Virus genome (UHGV): UHGV-2109381
DNA: 46,031 nt
Source: a virus
Reading direction: 5' to 3' (one strand)
Below are positions 1-8,950 of this stretch, piece by piece. Made by a program: the position numbers and the translations under genes. The notes beneath the pieces were generated by a model. It was given only the letters and a program-made list of their open reading frames with translations. It searched no databases and was not told the DNA's origin. Within the stretch, counting starts at the first letter, position 1. Each line of letters begins with the position of its first letter.

Positions 1-382
1 TGGTGGACTTGATTGCCACGGAGTGCGAAGCAAAGTGCAGTGCTCTTATCGTTGTGGTGAATGCGCAGGCTGATGCGCTCATGACCAGTAGCAGAGCGGA
101 CGTTCTACTGTAGCCAATTCGTGACATCGCAAGCCGGAGATCAGCACCGGCCACCACAACACACAACGGGTAAGAGCATTGCAGGTTTACATGGTGGACT
201 TGATTGCCACGGAGTGCGAAGCAAAGTGCAGTGCTCTTATCGTTGTGGTGAATGCGCAGGCTGATGCGCAAAGAGGATACGCGATGGCAACGTTACAGAT
301 AGCCTCCTAAGACGAGGTGCTCACCATCAAGCAGGATATCAGCACCTGCCACCACACAACGAGCATACGATACCACCGCCTT
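1..382. repeat. Tandem direct repeat with a 191-bp period. Copy 1 is 1..191. Copy 2 at 192..269 is identical to 1..78, then degenerates through about 382.
   Basis: nt 192-269 are identical to 1-78. nt 339-372 resemble 140-176 (atcagcacc.gccaccac...acaacg). The array is noncoding, downstream of a plus-strand promoter at 45799 and upstream of the tRNAs. Confidence 0.85.
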
Positions 383-499
383 TCAAGTAGGTATCCGGGT
401 CGGAACACACTACGCCTGATGACGCTGATAGCAGAAACCAAATGGTCGCGTAGTCTCCCAATGTTACGATTTAGTCGGGAGAGTGAGAAAGGCACATAC

Positions 500-587
500 G
501 GATAGTTGGCTGAGAGGCCGAAAGCAGTCGGTTGCTAACCGATAAACCGGAAACGGTTCACAGGTTCGAATCCTGTACTATCCGCCA
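500..587 (+). tRNA. tRNA-Ser (anticodon GCU), type II with a long variable arm.
   Basis: Acceptor ggatagt/actatcc. Anticodon stem gtcgg/ccgat with loop ttGCTaa. Long variable arm aaaccggaaacggttc. T-arm acagg-ttcgaat-cctgt. Discriminator g then CCA. Confidence 0.85.
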
Positions 588-593
588 CATTCA

Positions 594-670
594 GCACCAT
601 TAGCGTAATTGGATAGCGCAAGAGGCTTCTATCCTCTGGGTTTCAGGTTCGAATCCTGAATGGTGCACCA
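594..670 (+). tRNA. tRNA-Arg (anticodon UCU).
   Basis: Acceptor gcaccat/atggtgc. Anticodon stem agagg/cctct with loop ctTCTat. T-loop ttcgaat. 3' end ACCA. Confidence 0.85.
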
Positions 671-673
671 AAT

Positions 674-750
674 TCCAGTTTAGCTTAACTGGTTAAAGCA
701 CCCGACTCATAATCGGATGATTACAGGTTCGAATCCTGTCGCGGGAACCA
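674..750 (+). tRNA. tRNA-like gene with a CAU anticodon (Met or Ile2 type) and an imperfect acceptor stem. It may be a pseudo-tRNA.
   Basis: D-arm gctt-aactggtta-aagc. Anticodon arm cccga-ctCATaa-tcgga. T-arm acagg-ttcgaat-cctgt. 3' end cgcgggaACCA. The 5' strand tccagtt pairs poorly with the 3' strand cgcggga. Confidence 0.4.
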
Positions 751-1134
751 TCACTCACCAAAAACAACCCTCAGCAACAACTCATAAACTGGCCTCTGCT
801 CTGTAGTGAGTGTTGGACGACCAAGCGGCGCCTGCAACTGAATCATGCCAATGCAACTATCAACTGGATGCTCTTTGATATATGAGATGACATCAAGCGC
901 TTTTGCTTTTGTCTCCTCGATGTTGTACTGACCCTGCTGGCCGACAACATAGAGTGAAAAATAGTAATCGCCGCCGAGTCCTTTGCTTACGTTCGTGCCG
1001 CCATTGGATTGCAGCACCATGAACCGGTCGGTGCCAACTTCGGTATCATTCCAGAACTCAAACTGAGAAGTCCACCCGTCATAAAGACCGGCATCGCTAA
1101 GGTACTGGTCAACAAGCTCAAGCATATCTCTCAT
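751..1134 (-). CDS. Virion neck/tail-completion protein, hypothetical. It is the last late gene before the tRNAs.
   Basis: ORF of 127 aa, translationally coupled to the upstream gene. Assignment is from its position in the head-tail joining block. Confidence 0.4.
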   Translation of the reverse strand: MRDMLELVDQYLSDAGLYDGWTSQFEFWNDTEVGTDRFMVLQSNGGTNVSKGLGGDYYFSLYVVGQQGQYNIEETKAKALDVISYIKEHPVDSCIGMIQLQAPLGRPTLTTEQRPVYELLLRVVFGE

Positions 1135-1547
1135 TTTAGTGTCATCTCTTTTTTAATTACCTGATCGACAAGCTCGCGTGTGTTTTCGCCAGCCTTGAGA
1201 AGGAATTTAGGCTCGCCGCTCTTATCCCATACGTTACCCTTTCCTTTGAGCCGTCCTGTGCGCGGCGTATTCGTGCCAAGCAGTTTACCAGGTGCATTAT
1301 GGACATACAGGGCGTAATTAGCAGCATACCCAATCTTGCCAGTTATGCGAGTGCCATTAACCTCAACGGTGTCAAACTGGCTGTTTATCAGCGCAGATGT
1401 AGCTACTGGAGTCATAGACGCCGATTCAGTCCTGATGATGTAGGTGGCGGCTTTTATTGCTGACACTGCCTTCTCGCCAGTAATCTCACCGACTATCTGC
1501 TGAGTGCGCTTAATCGCCTGCTGGATACCTCGCATTTTGGCGGCCAT
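1131..1547 (-). CDS. Head-tail joining protein, HK97 gp10-like.
   Basis: 138 aa with a NAPGKLLG segment and overall composition typical of the HK97 gp10 tail-component family. Overlapping start and stop with its neighbours. Confidence 0.45.
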   Translation of the reverse strand: MAAKMRGIQQAIKRTQQIVGEITGEKAVSAIKAATYIIRTESASMTPVATSALINSQFDTVEVNGTRITGKIGYAANYALYVHNAPGKLLGTNTPRTGRLKGKGNVWDKSGEPKFLLKAGENTRELVDQVIKKEMTLK

Positions 1548-1550
1548 ACA

Positions 1551-1895
1551 TTACCCCGTTACCAGCGCAAAATCAGGCAGGTCGTTGCGATTTAGTGTGT
1601 TGCCGTAATTCACAACGTTTCTAATCTGGTCAGCTCCGGCGGCCAGCGGGTCAGCAGTGGTGATGGTGCCAAGCATGATGAAGTCGCCAACAGACGCATT
1701 CTGGTATTCCGTCCAGAATGTGTTTTTCTGTGCAATCTCATTGCCAGCTGTGCCGGTGGTCAGATTCTTATCGAAGCCATAATCACACATGAGGGACTCT
1801 GGCGCGGCGAATGTCGGTTTGCCATACTTATCCTTGCCAGTAAGCCGCCAGATTGTGCATGGATATGTGTAAGTCCATCTGGCTATTGCTGACAT
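1551..1895 (-). CDS. Head closure/head-tail joining protein, hypothetical.
   Basis: 114 aa ORF in the connector block. Placed by synteny only. Confidence 0.35.
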   Translation of the reverse strand: MSAIARWTYTYPCTIWRLTGKDKYGKPTFAAPESLMCDYGFDKNLTTGTAGNEIAQKNTFWTEYQNASVGDFIMLGTITTADPLAAGADQIRNVVNYGNTLNRNDLPDFALVTG

Positions 1896-2013
1896 GGCGC
1901 AGCCTCAAGAGTATAAACCCAGCGCGGAACAGGAAGGCGCAGCAATACCAGAATAACCAGCAGTGGCAGGCACCATTTACGGATTGCGATATTTACAGTT
2001 AATGTTTGCGTTT

Positions 2014-2406
2014 TCATCTGCACTTGCTCCCGGTGACAACCCGAAACCACGGCTTTGCTGCCCCATCAGGCTCTTCCACAAGGTCGCCTGTGCAGTCTGC
2101 CGTATCGAGTAGTTTCATCTGATTGTAAAGGGCCATCCACGGCTTGCTGCCATAGCCAAATGACTGCGACGCACCAGATGGCGCCCGGTGGCTGGTGATG
2201 TATCTCCCGGCTGTATTTGAGGCGATCAGGATAGATGCCCATAGCAGAATTGCATCCTGTCTGCATGTGTCTTCGGGGTAATTAAGCTCAAGGCACTCTG
2301 TGATGCTCGCCACCAGACACAGGATGCCAGTTGCGTCTGCCGTGGTGATGGTTACGCCTCTTGACGCCATAGCGGCGACAAGTTCACTTGCTGTCGGTGC
2401 TACCAT
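2014..2406 (-). CDS. Head-tail adaptor/connector protein, hypothetical. The start is ambiguous between 2406 and 2442.
   Basis: ORF 2014..2442. The internal M (MVAPTAS...) at 2406 gives minimal overlap with the upstream gene that ends at 2384. Confidence 0.35.
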   Translation of the reverse strand: MVAPTASELVAAMASRGVTITTADATGILCLVASITECLELNYPEDTCRQDAILLWASILIASNTAGRYITSHRAPSGASQSFGYGSKPWMALYNQMKLLDTADCTGDLVEEPDGAAKPWFRVVTGSKCR

Positions 2407-2671
2407 TCTTTTTGCTCTCCCGAATCTTCCACCACATCTCAAAAAGGTTTTTTGCCACTAGTGATAGCGCGCCAAGTATAGAGGCTACCGCGGCCCACTC
2501 GGTAATCGAATGGGGGATCATTGAGGCAATGTATGATTGTGCGACCGGCGTCTGCTCTGCCACTTTCAGGCCAAGACCCGTGCCGATGGATGTATAACCG
2601 GCTTTGTCGATTACCTGGCCGACAGTGCCACTAATTATCTGGTTTGCGGCGTGCTGAAGCGCGTCTCTCAT
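2384..2671 (-). CDS. Small membrane-anchored protein in the connector block.
   Basis: 95 aa with a C-proximal hydrophobic segment AAVASILGALSLVAKNLF. The same-locus plus ORF 2388..2597 is rejected as antisense. Confidence 0.35.
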   Translation of the reverse strand: MRDALQHAANQIISGTVGQVIDKAGYTSIGTGLGLKVAEQTPVAQSYIASMIPHSITEWAAVASILGALSLVAKNLFEMWWKIRESKKNGSTDSK

Positions 2672-2832
2672 TAATTATTCTCCGAATGATGAACTTCCAG
2701 CATCTGTACACCTGAACCAGCGAAAACGCCATGACGATAACGCCGATTGCTATATCCAATTTCGCCGCCTTACGTTTTTCAGGACGGAACAGCGCGGGGT
2801 GAGTGTTGTTGGTTTAATTTTATCATAAAGTG

Positions 2833-2861
2833 TTGACGTAGATTGAGGGTGTCGCTATAGT
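2833..2861 (+). promoter_or_regulatory. Sigma70-type promoter carrying the recurrent phage motif. It drives the plus-strand moron 2884..4283.
   Basis: TTGACGtagattgagggtgtcgcTATAGT, with a 17-nt spacer. The motif TTGACGTAGATTGA recurs genome-wide. A second copy, gacgtagaaa, sits at 2865. Confidence 0.6.
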
Positions 2862-2883
2862 GATGACGTAGAAACAACAATAA

Positions 2884-3174
2884 ATGTTAGAGGTGATGAA
2901 GATGAATGAATTCAAAGGTACGCCGGGGCCGTGGTCAGTGAATGAAAAGGGCCAGCACTGGAATAATAAATCATTAACCCATCCGGAAGTTATTTTTGGT
3001 GAGGATGGCGAATGCATTTGCGATACGGTTTATCAGCGCGAAGATGCCAATCTCATCGCCGCCGCGCCTGAATTGCTGGAAGCACTGCTGGATTTAGAAG
3101 CTCGCGCATGCATCTACGTTAATACCTCGGAAGCTAAAGCTGCAATCGCAAAAGCACTCGGAGAATCCCAATGA
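2884..3174 (+). CDS. Hypothetical protein. Its C-terminal PELLEALLDLEA motif resembles Ea22-like proteins.
   Basis: 96 aa ORF. The start is probably at one of the MKMNE ATGs, behind the AGAGGTG SD. It shares an AxPExLLEAL motif with the Ea22-like ORF at 22799..23314. Confidence 0.5.
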   Translation: MLEVMKMNEFKGTPGPWSVNEKGQHWNNKSLTHPEVIFGEDGECICDTVYQREDANLIAAAPELLEALLDLEARACIYVNTSEAKAAIAKALGESQ

Positions 3175-3287
3175 TTCGCCACGAAATCCGCAAAGAAGAC
3201 CTTAAAGCATGGCGCAACTTCAAAATAAAGCTGGCATTAATCGTTATCGGATTCGCCATTGCCAGCGCAATCTGTTTATCAAAGTGA
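3171..3287 (+). CDS. Small single-pass membrane protein of 38 aa.
   Basis: Not in the ORF track. Its ATG overlaps the upstream stop (aATGA). It carries a hydrophobic core LALIVIGFAIASAICL. Confidence 0.35.
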   Translation: MIRHEIRKEDLKAWRNFKIKLALIVIGFAIASAICLSK

Positions 3288-3294
3288 GGAAAAG

Positions 3295-4110
3295 ATGACA
3301 TCTCTCGGAAAAATTTACTCAGACAAAGAAACTCGCGGCGGAATCGTGGTCAACAAAGGTTATCAGGTTCCTGTCGACCAGCTTTATCTTGAGCCGGGAT
3401 ACAACATCCGCGAAGCCGATGAGCAGCACGTTGAATACTTCGCGCAGTGCTGGGAATCAGGCCAGCCAATCCCGGCGTTAACTGTTATTCCTGATGCCGA
3501 CGGAAAGCGCATCAAGATTCTTGACGGCCAGCATCGTTATCTTGGCGCATTGCGCGCCATTGAGCGCGGCGTACCAATTGCGCGCATTGAGTGCAAAGAC
3601 TTCACCGGCGATGAAGCGGATAAAATCGCCTTCATGGTGTCATCCAGTCAAGGAAAGCAGCTTGACCCGCTTGAGCGTGCAAAGGCTTATGTGCGCCTGA
3701 AAGGGTTCGGATGGACGAATGAAGAAATCGCCAAGAAGGTTGGTCGCTCAGTTTCTGATGTGCAGATGCACCTGTCACTTGGTGATGTACCTGATGCCAT
3801 CAAGCAACGCATCAATGCAGGCCAAATCAGCTATGCCAACGCCGTTGCGGTAGCACGTGAGCATGGCGATGATGCTGTTAACGTTATTGATGCAGCCGTT
3901 GAGGAAGCGAAAGCGCAGGGAAAAGATAAGGTGACGGCGAAAACCCTCAAGGCCAAAAAAGTTAAGCCGATTGACCGCCTGATTCAGTTGCTGAAAGAAG
4001 CAGATCACATGGTGGTAGCCGAGGGGCATGTGGCACAGGAGACAGAAGAATTTTTGCGCCTTCCTTCTGCTGAGTTGAATGAAGTGCTGGCGATTCTGGA
4101 GAAGCTGTGA
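3295..4110 (+). CDS. ParB N-terminal-like nuclease-domain protein with a DGQHR motif and a central HTH.
   Basis: KRIKILDGQHRYLGALRA matches the DGQHR/ParB-Srx-like fold. An HTH-like segment NEEIAKKVGRSVSDVQM follows. The ATG at 3295 sits behind a GAGGAAAAG SD. The track ORF 3259 start is upstream and in frame. Confidence 0.55.
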   Translation: MTSLGKIYSDKETRGGIVVNKGYQVPVDQLYLEPGYNIREADEQHVEYFAQCWESGQPIPALTVIPDADGKRIKILDGQHRYLGALRAIERGVPIARIECKDFTGDEADKIAFMVSSSQGKQLDPLERAKAYVRLKGFGWTNEEIAKKVGRSVSDVQMHLSLGDVPDAIKQRINAGQISYANAVAVAREHGDDAVNVIDAAVEEAKAQGKDKVTAKTLKAKKVKPIDRLIQLLKEADHMVVAEGHVAQETEEFLRLPSAELNEVLAILEKL

Positions 4111-4283
4111 TGAACCCCGAACAATTCATAGAGAAAAACCTGCGCGAAAAACTGCCAGGCATCGACAATGCGGCCATAGAGGCTGCGTTACAACACTATC
4201 GACAATGCCGAAGCGTTACCGGAAAATCATTTGATGAGATGCTGTATATTGCAAAGCAGCATTATATCAAGAACAAAAAATAA
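4110..4283 (+). CDS. Hypothetical 57-aa protein, last gene of the moron.
   Basis: Its ATG overlaps the ParB-like stop (gtgATGa). It is followed by a strong terminator. Confidence 0.35.
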   Translation: MNPEQFIEKNLREKLPGIDNAAIEAALQHYRQCRSVTGKSFDEMLYIAKQHYIKNKK

Positions 4284-4306
4284 CTGTTATGCTAATGCCT
4301 CTATAG

Positions 4307-4340
4307 AAAAAAGCCCCTTCCGGGGCTTTTCTTTTATTTT
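4307..4340 (+). terminator. Rho-independent terminator ending the plus-strand moron.
   Basis: aaaagccccttccggggcttttcttttatttt. Confidence 0.75.
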
Positions 4341-4360
4341 GCAGCCATATAAACCCAAAT

Positions 4361-4384
4361 AAAAAACCCGCATAATGCGGGTTC
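4361..4384 (-). terminator. Hairpin terminator following the minus-strand gene 4388..4585.
   Basis: The stem cccgcat-a-atgcggg is flanked by an A-run on plus, which reads as a T-run on minus. Confidence 0.5.
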
Positions 4385-4387
4385 AGT

Positions 4388-4585
4388 TTACTCTGCTTTC
4401 TTTTTCTTTGTCGTCTTTTCTTGCGGGGTTGCGACTTCGAAAGACTTTTCCAGTTCTGGCATGACGCGCAGCTTTGACATCAGATGCTCAGCTGGCTCAG
4501 TGATAACCTCGCCAAGCTGCAATTCACGAATCTTGCCCTTTTCTTTTACAAAGATGCCTCGTGCGATGACTTCGTATTTAGCCAT
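4388..4585 (-). CDS. Small hypothetical protein downstream of the major capsid gene.
   Basis: 65 aa ORF with a Lys-rich C-terminus, lying between two hairpins. Confidence 0.4.
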   Translation of the reverse strand: MAKYEVIARGIFVKEKGKIRELQLGEVITEPAEHLMSKLRVMPELEKSFEVATPQEKTTKKKKAE

Positions 4586-4602
4586 TATTCACCTCAATTC
4601 AT

Positions 4603-4626
4603 AAAGGGGCCGAAGCCCCTTTTTTA
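4603..4626. terminator. Bidirectional hairpin/attenuator immediately after the major capsid gene.
   Basis: aaaggggccgaagccccttttttatt. It is a strong terminator on plus, which blocks antisense read-through. It is a weaker attenuator on minus after the capsid stop at 4627. Confidence 0.55.
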
Positions 4627-5700
4627 TTATTTAGCTGCCTGATCACCGTAGCCATTAAAGACACGGCTTTTCCCGGCGGCATCCTTACGAATCTGGAGGC
4701 CCATAGCTGACCACACGAGGAAGTTAAAGTTATCGTGCGAGTTGGTGCGGGCTGCCGCGTAGGTGGAGACAGGCTGAGCAACACGCGGACGGATGTACAT
4801 GTCGTTGCGAACGTAGCCAACGAAATGGTTACCAGTCAGCAGGAAGTTGGTGCCAATCTTGCCGATACGACCGTTGCCGAACTGCGTGATGTACTGCTCT
4901 ACGGTGCCGCCTTTGAAGCCAGCTGCATCAGAATACGGACGCATGAAGCTGCGACGCACTGCCGGGGAAACCCACAGAGTCACCTGCTCAAATACGTTCT
5001 GCGCATCCAGAATAGCCTGGAAATCCTGATTGAAGAAGGTCACGATTTCGTCTGGCGTTGCGGTTTGCAGGTCGATATCCAGGCCGTCGGAAGCACTCAG
5101 GTTTACCTGAATGGTGTTCGGGTGGTTGGTGATGCCATAACCAGTGTAAACACCGTTCACGTTCAGAGTCTGGTCGCCAGTCAGCAGGTATTGCGCCATA
5201 TCGGAACGCAGGTTGAAGGTGACGTTAGCCTGATCGTCCAGCAGTGGGTCGAAGCCTTCAGACTGCATGCCCAGCAGTTCGCGCCATTCGCGGCTGTAGC
5301 CAGTTTTGAAGATTGGGATCACATCACCAGTGTAATCGTAGCGAGTTTTATCCAAATCTTCCGGTTCCTGACCAGACAGAGTGCGGACGACCTTACCAGC
5401 ATCGGAAGCAATGCGGCTGATTGCTACAGTCTTACCAATGTTGATGTTTGCCGCGATGCCCATCAGGTCAGCCATCATATCCTGACCAGCTTCGTTGCGG
5501 AAAACGCGGGTGGTGACGTTATCCACGTCGCGCCAGTAATCTTTCGTTACCAGTGCGGTGGCGTTAACGCCATAAGTTTTCGCCAGTTCAGCTTCTGCAT
5601 TGCAGAACACCTTGCGGTCGATAGTGAGATGTTTCCACTGGTCAGCCACCACTGCGGAGTTGGCTACCAAATCTTTGGTAAAAACAATCTTTTCCATCAT
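4627..5700 (-). CDS. Major capsid protein.
   Basis: ~357 aa. The ATG overlaps the stop of the upstream gene (TAATG) and follows a GGAGAA SD. Codon usage is that of a highly expressed gene. Position after the protease/scaffold and the hairpin directly downstream support the call. Confidence 0.7.
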   Translation of the reverse strand: MMEKIVFTKDLVANSAVVADQWKHLTIDRKVFCNAEAELAKTYGVNATALVTKDYWRDVDNVTTRVFRNEAGQDMMADLMGIAANINIGKTVAISRIASDAGKVVRTLSGQEPEDLDKTRYDYTGDVIPIFKTGYSREWRELLGMQSEGFDPLLDDQANVTFNLRSDMAQYLLTGDQTLNVNGVYTGYGITNHPNTIQVNLSASDGLDIDLQTATPDEIVTFFNQDFQAILDAQNVFEQVTLWVSPAVRRSFMRPYSDAAGFKGGTVEQYITQFGNGRIGKIGTNFLLTGNHFVGYVRNDMYIRPRVAQPVSTYAAARTNSHDNFNFLVWSAMGLQIRKDAAGKSRVFNGYGDQAAK

Positions 5701-6170
5701 TATTCTCCAGCAGGCACGGAAGCATTGCCAGCACAACGAACCGCAACGAGTTCAGCGTCATCAGAGGCAACGGTATAAGTTTCATCGGAATAGAACAGGA
5801 TATTTTCCTTATTAGCGGCAACTTTCAGCGCACCAGTGCCATCACTTGCCAGCGGAGTGCCTTTCTTCAATTTGGAGTTTTTAGCAACCAGTGCGTGATA
5901 GGTGACGCCAAATTCACACTGCACAGCCATGCCAGTAGCGCCAGCGGGAACATCTTCAGATACATCACCACCACCGAGGTAGTTATGCTGGAGCACATAA
6001 GGGAAACCCTGACCACCAGCAGCCGCATGCGCGATGATTTTGTCGTCAGTGGTGTCGAAGTCAACCAGTGCTCCCGGCTTCAACTCGACCTTCATGATGC
6101 CTTCACGAATCTGCGGGTCATTTTTGCGGGCCGGGCCGCCGATGATGGTGCCATAACGGATAGTAGCCAT
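5700..6170 (-). CDS. Head decoration or accessory capsid protein, hypothetical.
   Basis: 156 aa ORF between the protease/scaffold and the capsid gene. Gly/Ala-rich. Translationally coupled on both sides. Confidence 0.4.
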   Translation of the reverse strand: MATIRYGTIIGGPARKNDPQIREGIMKVELKPGALVDFDTTDDKIIAHAAAGGQGFPYVLQHNYLGGGDVSEDVPAGATGMAVQCEFGVTYHALVAKNSKLKKGTPLASDGTGALKVAANKENILFYSDETYTVASDDAELVAVRCAGNASVPAGE

Positions 6171-7570
6171 TATTCAGGTGCCTCCATATCAAAATCTTCT
6201 TCGGCACGGTTCGGCTGGAACCCGCCGGAAATCGGAGCCGCTTTACTGGTGAGCGCATAGGTTTCACGCAGCGCTTCGCCAGTCAGCGCATTAACAGCAG
6301 ATTCCGGCAACTTCAGCTCAGCCATAATGGCGGCGCGCATTGCGGTTTCTTCCTGTGCGGCATTGGCTTGCAGCTGGTCGCGCAGGGTTTTGTTTTGCGC
6401 CTCCACATCGGCCAGTTTCTGGTTGACTGCGGTCAACGATTCCTGAACCGGTTTGAGGGCATCGGCTAATACAGCCTGTAATTCCTCGTTAGTCATTGAG
6501 ATTTCCCCTTGAGTTGTTTTTACCGGTTCAAGCTCTGTCTTATAAACAGCCTTAACCCGTTCACCGACTAATTCTACCATATCCTCGCGGACGATGTAGG
6601 ACTGCATATAAATGGTGCCGTCAATCTCAACGCCGAAGTAATTATCATAAACGGCGACGATATAGGGCCATACATCAGACTGAGTCTCTGCCTTGATGAT
6701 ATTGCGGAGTTGCTCAGTAATATCAGTGAATGACAGCTGATTCCCAGTCAGTCGATTGATGGCGCGCTGCCACCATTTGATTTTGTTTGCACTTTCGTCG
6801 GTCATTGCTGATTCCTCAAGGTTAACTACAACGCGCTCAATGTCTTCGCCGTTAGCAGCAAAGATACCGACACCATCAGCAGGGCCGCCAGCACCTGGAA
6901 TGCCAGGTGGAAGAATGGCGAGGTGATCCCACTCCATATTCCGGGCAATCCAGGAATATTTTTTGCCCTTAGAAGTTCCTGATGCCTGCTCGCGGTTGAG
7001 TAACAGACCTGTAGACACCTGAACAGGTTTAGCATCGGCGCTGTTAACTTTGAGTCCGTCAATGCGCGACAGCAATTCCCTGCCTTTATCAGAGCGCTCA
7101 GCCACCACCTTGTTAATATAAAGGTCTACCAGTGCTTTGCTGCCGTCATGAGATGAGTTCTCAATCCATGCACCAACGCTGAACTGATTGGCGGCTCGCG
7201 TCATGTTTGCTGACACATATTTGCCATCAATCTTCGGGTGGTCATATGGCGCCGGTTTCCCGTCAAGACCATGGAATGACTTTTTAATCTCATCGCCAGG
7301 GTACAGACCGCCATTCATGACGATGTCATCCACCACCGGCACAACATTCTTGATGACATAATGCGGGTCGCCATCAATGATTTTTTCACTGATGTTGCTG
7401 GCTGAGTTGATGGTATACAGGATGTTAACCTGTAATTTATTATTCATGTGCTTGAATGCCTCCACCTCAGCAAGGCGCTTTTTCGCCGCCTCTTCGGTGT
7501 CGTACTCGCCAAACTGGTGCGAGCCATCCTTAGATTTAACGACCCACTTGCCGCCAATTTTGACAATCAT
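6170..7570 (-). CDS. Prohead protease fused to a scaffolding domain, putative.
   Basis: 466 aa. The N-terminal ~300 aa are globular. The C-terminal ~150 aa are a coiled-coil rich in A/Q/E/L ([39 protein letters not shown]). Good SD GGAGAAAGG. Confidence 0.45.
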   Translation of the reverse strand: MIVKIGGKWVVKSKDGSHQFGEYDTEEAAKKRLAEVEAFKHMNNKLQVNILYTINSASNISEKIIDGDPHYVIKNVVPVVDDIVMNGGLYPGDEIKKSFHGLDGKPAPYDHPKIDGKYVSANMTRAANQFSVGAWIENSSHDGSKALVDLYINKVVAERSDKGRELLSRIDGLKVNSADAKPVQVSTGLLLNREQASGTSKGKKYSWIARNMEWDHLAILPPGIPGAGGPADGVGIFAANGEDIERVVVNLEESAMTDESANKIKWWQRAINRLTGNQLSFTDITEQLRNIIKAETQSDVWPYIVAVYDNYFGVEIDGTIYMQSYIVREDMVELVGERVKAVYKTELEPVKTTQGEISMTNEELQAVLADALKPVQESLTAVNQKLADVEAQNKTLRDQLQANAAQEETAMRAAIMAELKLPESAVNALTGEALRETYALTSKAAPISGGFQPNRAEEDFDMEAPE

Positions 7571-7754
7571 GACCTTTCTCCGCGCTTACTTTATGCCCGG
7601 ATTATAACACACCATGAATATGCACCACGAAACGGACGCGAGAAGGTAAAGCGGAGATGCGGTAAAAGCGAAAAGAGTAGCACAAAGAATGATATCAGTA
7701 TGATTGGCATGGCTGCTACCTCCTGAGTGCAAGGTAACAGCCACGGAAGAGAAT

Positions 7755-8099
7755 TTATTGAGGACTATTCTTATTTAACATTCCGCAGTTAACTTTTGCG
7801 CGGTTTACGGCATCCATAAATTTCCCGACAGGCATCGTTTTGCGGATTTCAGCCAGAATGGCGCCGTGTAACATTCTTTCTTCGCCGTAATAGAGCTTAT
7901 CAAGGCGAGTGCGAACCAGCGCGCGGGTGCGCTGCATGTGTCCCTTCGCCTTCATGGCCTTCTCTCTCCATACCTTATTTCCATTCTGATTGCCAGCAAG
8001 CTGGCGCTCGATAGCCTCAATCTCAAAGGCAAGCGTCATATCAATGTCATCCAGTTCGCTGATTGTTGCTTCCATGATTTCGTTAAGTTGTAGTTTCAT
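7755..8099 (-). CDS. Hypothetical protein.
   Basis: 114 aa ORF coupled to 8100..8390. Confidence 0.4.
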   Translation of the reverse strand: MKLQLNEIMEATISELDDIDMTLAFEIEAIERQLAGNQNGNKVWREKAMKAKGHMQRTRALVRTRLDKLYYGEERMLHGAILAEIRKTMPVGKFMDAVNRAKVNCGMLNKNSPQ

Positions 8100-8390
8100 T
8101 TACGACTCCACATCCAAATGTTTAACTTCGCCATCTTTGTATAACCTCCAGGGGATGCAAACGATGCATCCACCAATATTCATTTCAATGGAGTGCTCAC
8201 CCTCTCTGAATGAATCTGCATGCCACTGGCTAACCGTGTCGTCATGCCATGTAATTTTAATTAATGCGTTTTTTGGTTTGCTCACATTCACTTCCTCCAC
8301 TATCCACCCCATCTCTCTGCGATTACTAGCCGTACGCTCACAGTTGGTGACAAACAGCACGGTTCCTGATTTATGCTTTACCGCCCACAT
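8100..8390 (-). CDS. Hypothetical protein.
   Basis: 96 aa ORF. Confidence 0.4.
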   Translation of the reverse strand: MWAVKHKSGTVLFVTNCERTASNRREMGWIVEEVNVSKPKNALIKITWHDDTVSQWHADSFREGEHSIEMNIGGCIVCIPWRLYKDGEVKHLDVES

Positions 8391-8950
8391 GACTGACGTG
8401 CCCCGGCAAGCAGCTTTTCAAACATCATCCTGTCACGGCTCATGCCAAACGGGATGATCTCCTGCCAGTAATATTTCCATGCACCGCCGGGAAGCATTTC
8501 ACGGTCAACCTGACCAATGCTTGCCAGATAGCGCATGCGTGCCTTGAGAATGGTGTAGTTGACGCCGACAGCCTCTGCTATCTGCTTGCTCTTACGCCCA
8601 GGATTCGCCTCAAGATAACTCTGAATAGCCAAATCGAGCGCAGTATTATCGGGATTGAGGAAATACTTAAAGCAGCGCCTGCCATAGCTGACGCTTTCCT
8701 CTTTAATAATAAATCCCATACCCTCCAGCTCAATCAGATAGCCTGTAACGCTGGCTCGGTTTGTCATGCCAGTCTGCTTGCGTATCATGGCATTGGTTGC
8801 GCCGCCGCAGCGCTCTATCACCGTGAGTATTTGCGTTTTAAAGTCCATTTGCGCGCTCCATTGCATCTTGCTTGTAGTCGTCAGCGGTATAGAGGTGGCC
8901 ATTTCTGGTATTCCATTTAATGATTGCTGTCGCCGCAACCATCCAGTCAT
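8378..8950 (-). CDS. Putative DNA-binding protein with two winged-helix-like segments.
   Basis: Two segments look wH/HTH-like: IRKQTGMTNRASVTGYLIELEGMGFI and SKQIAEAVGVNYTILKARMRYLASIGQV. The start may be at an internal Met. Confidence 0.4.
   Translation of the reverse strand: MTGWLRRQQSLNGIPEMATSIPLTTTSKMQWSAQMDFKTQILTVIERCGGATNAMIRKQTGMTNRASVTGYLIELEGMGFIIKEESVSYGRRCFKYFLNPDNTALDLAIQSYLEANPGRKSKQIAEAVGVNYTILKARMRYLASIGQVDREMLPGGAWKYYWQEIIPFGMSRDRMMFEKLLAGARQSCGR

Noticed and set aside
307-505. Two 62-aa ORFs on opposite strands inside the repeat array.
   Set aside because: They lie in degenerate tandem-repeat DNA, have no SD, and mutually overlap. This is probably noncoding leader or repeat sequence.
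4735-5815. 347-aa and 71-aa plus-strand ORFs antisense to the major capsid gene.
   Set aside because: These are typical antisense shadow ORFs of a GC-rich, highly expressed gene. There are no start signals and the composition is low-complexity.
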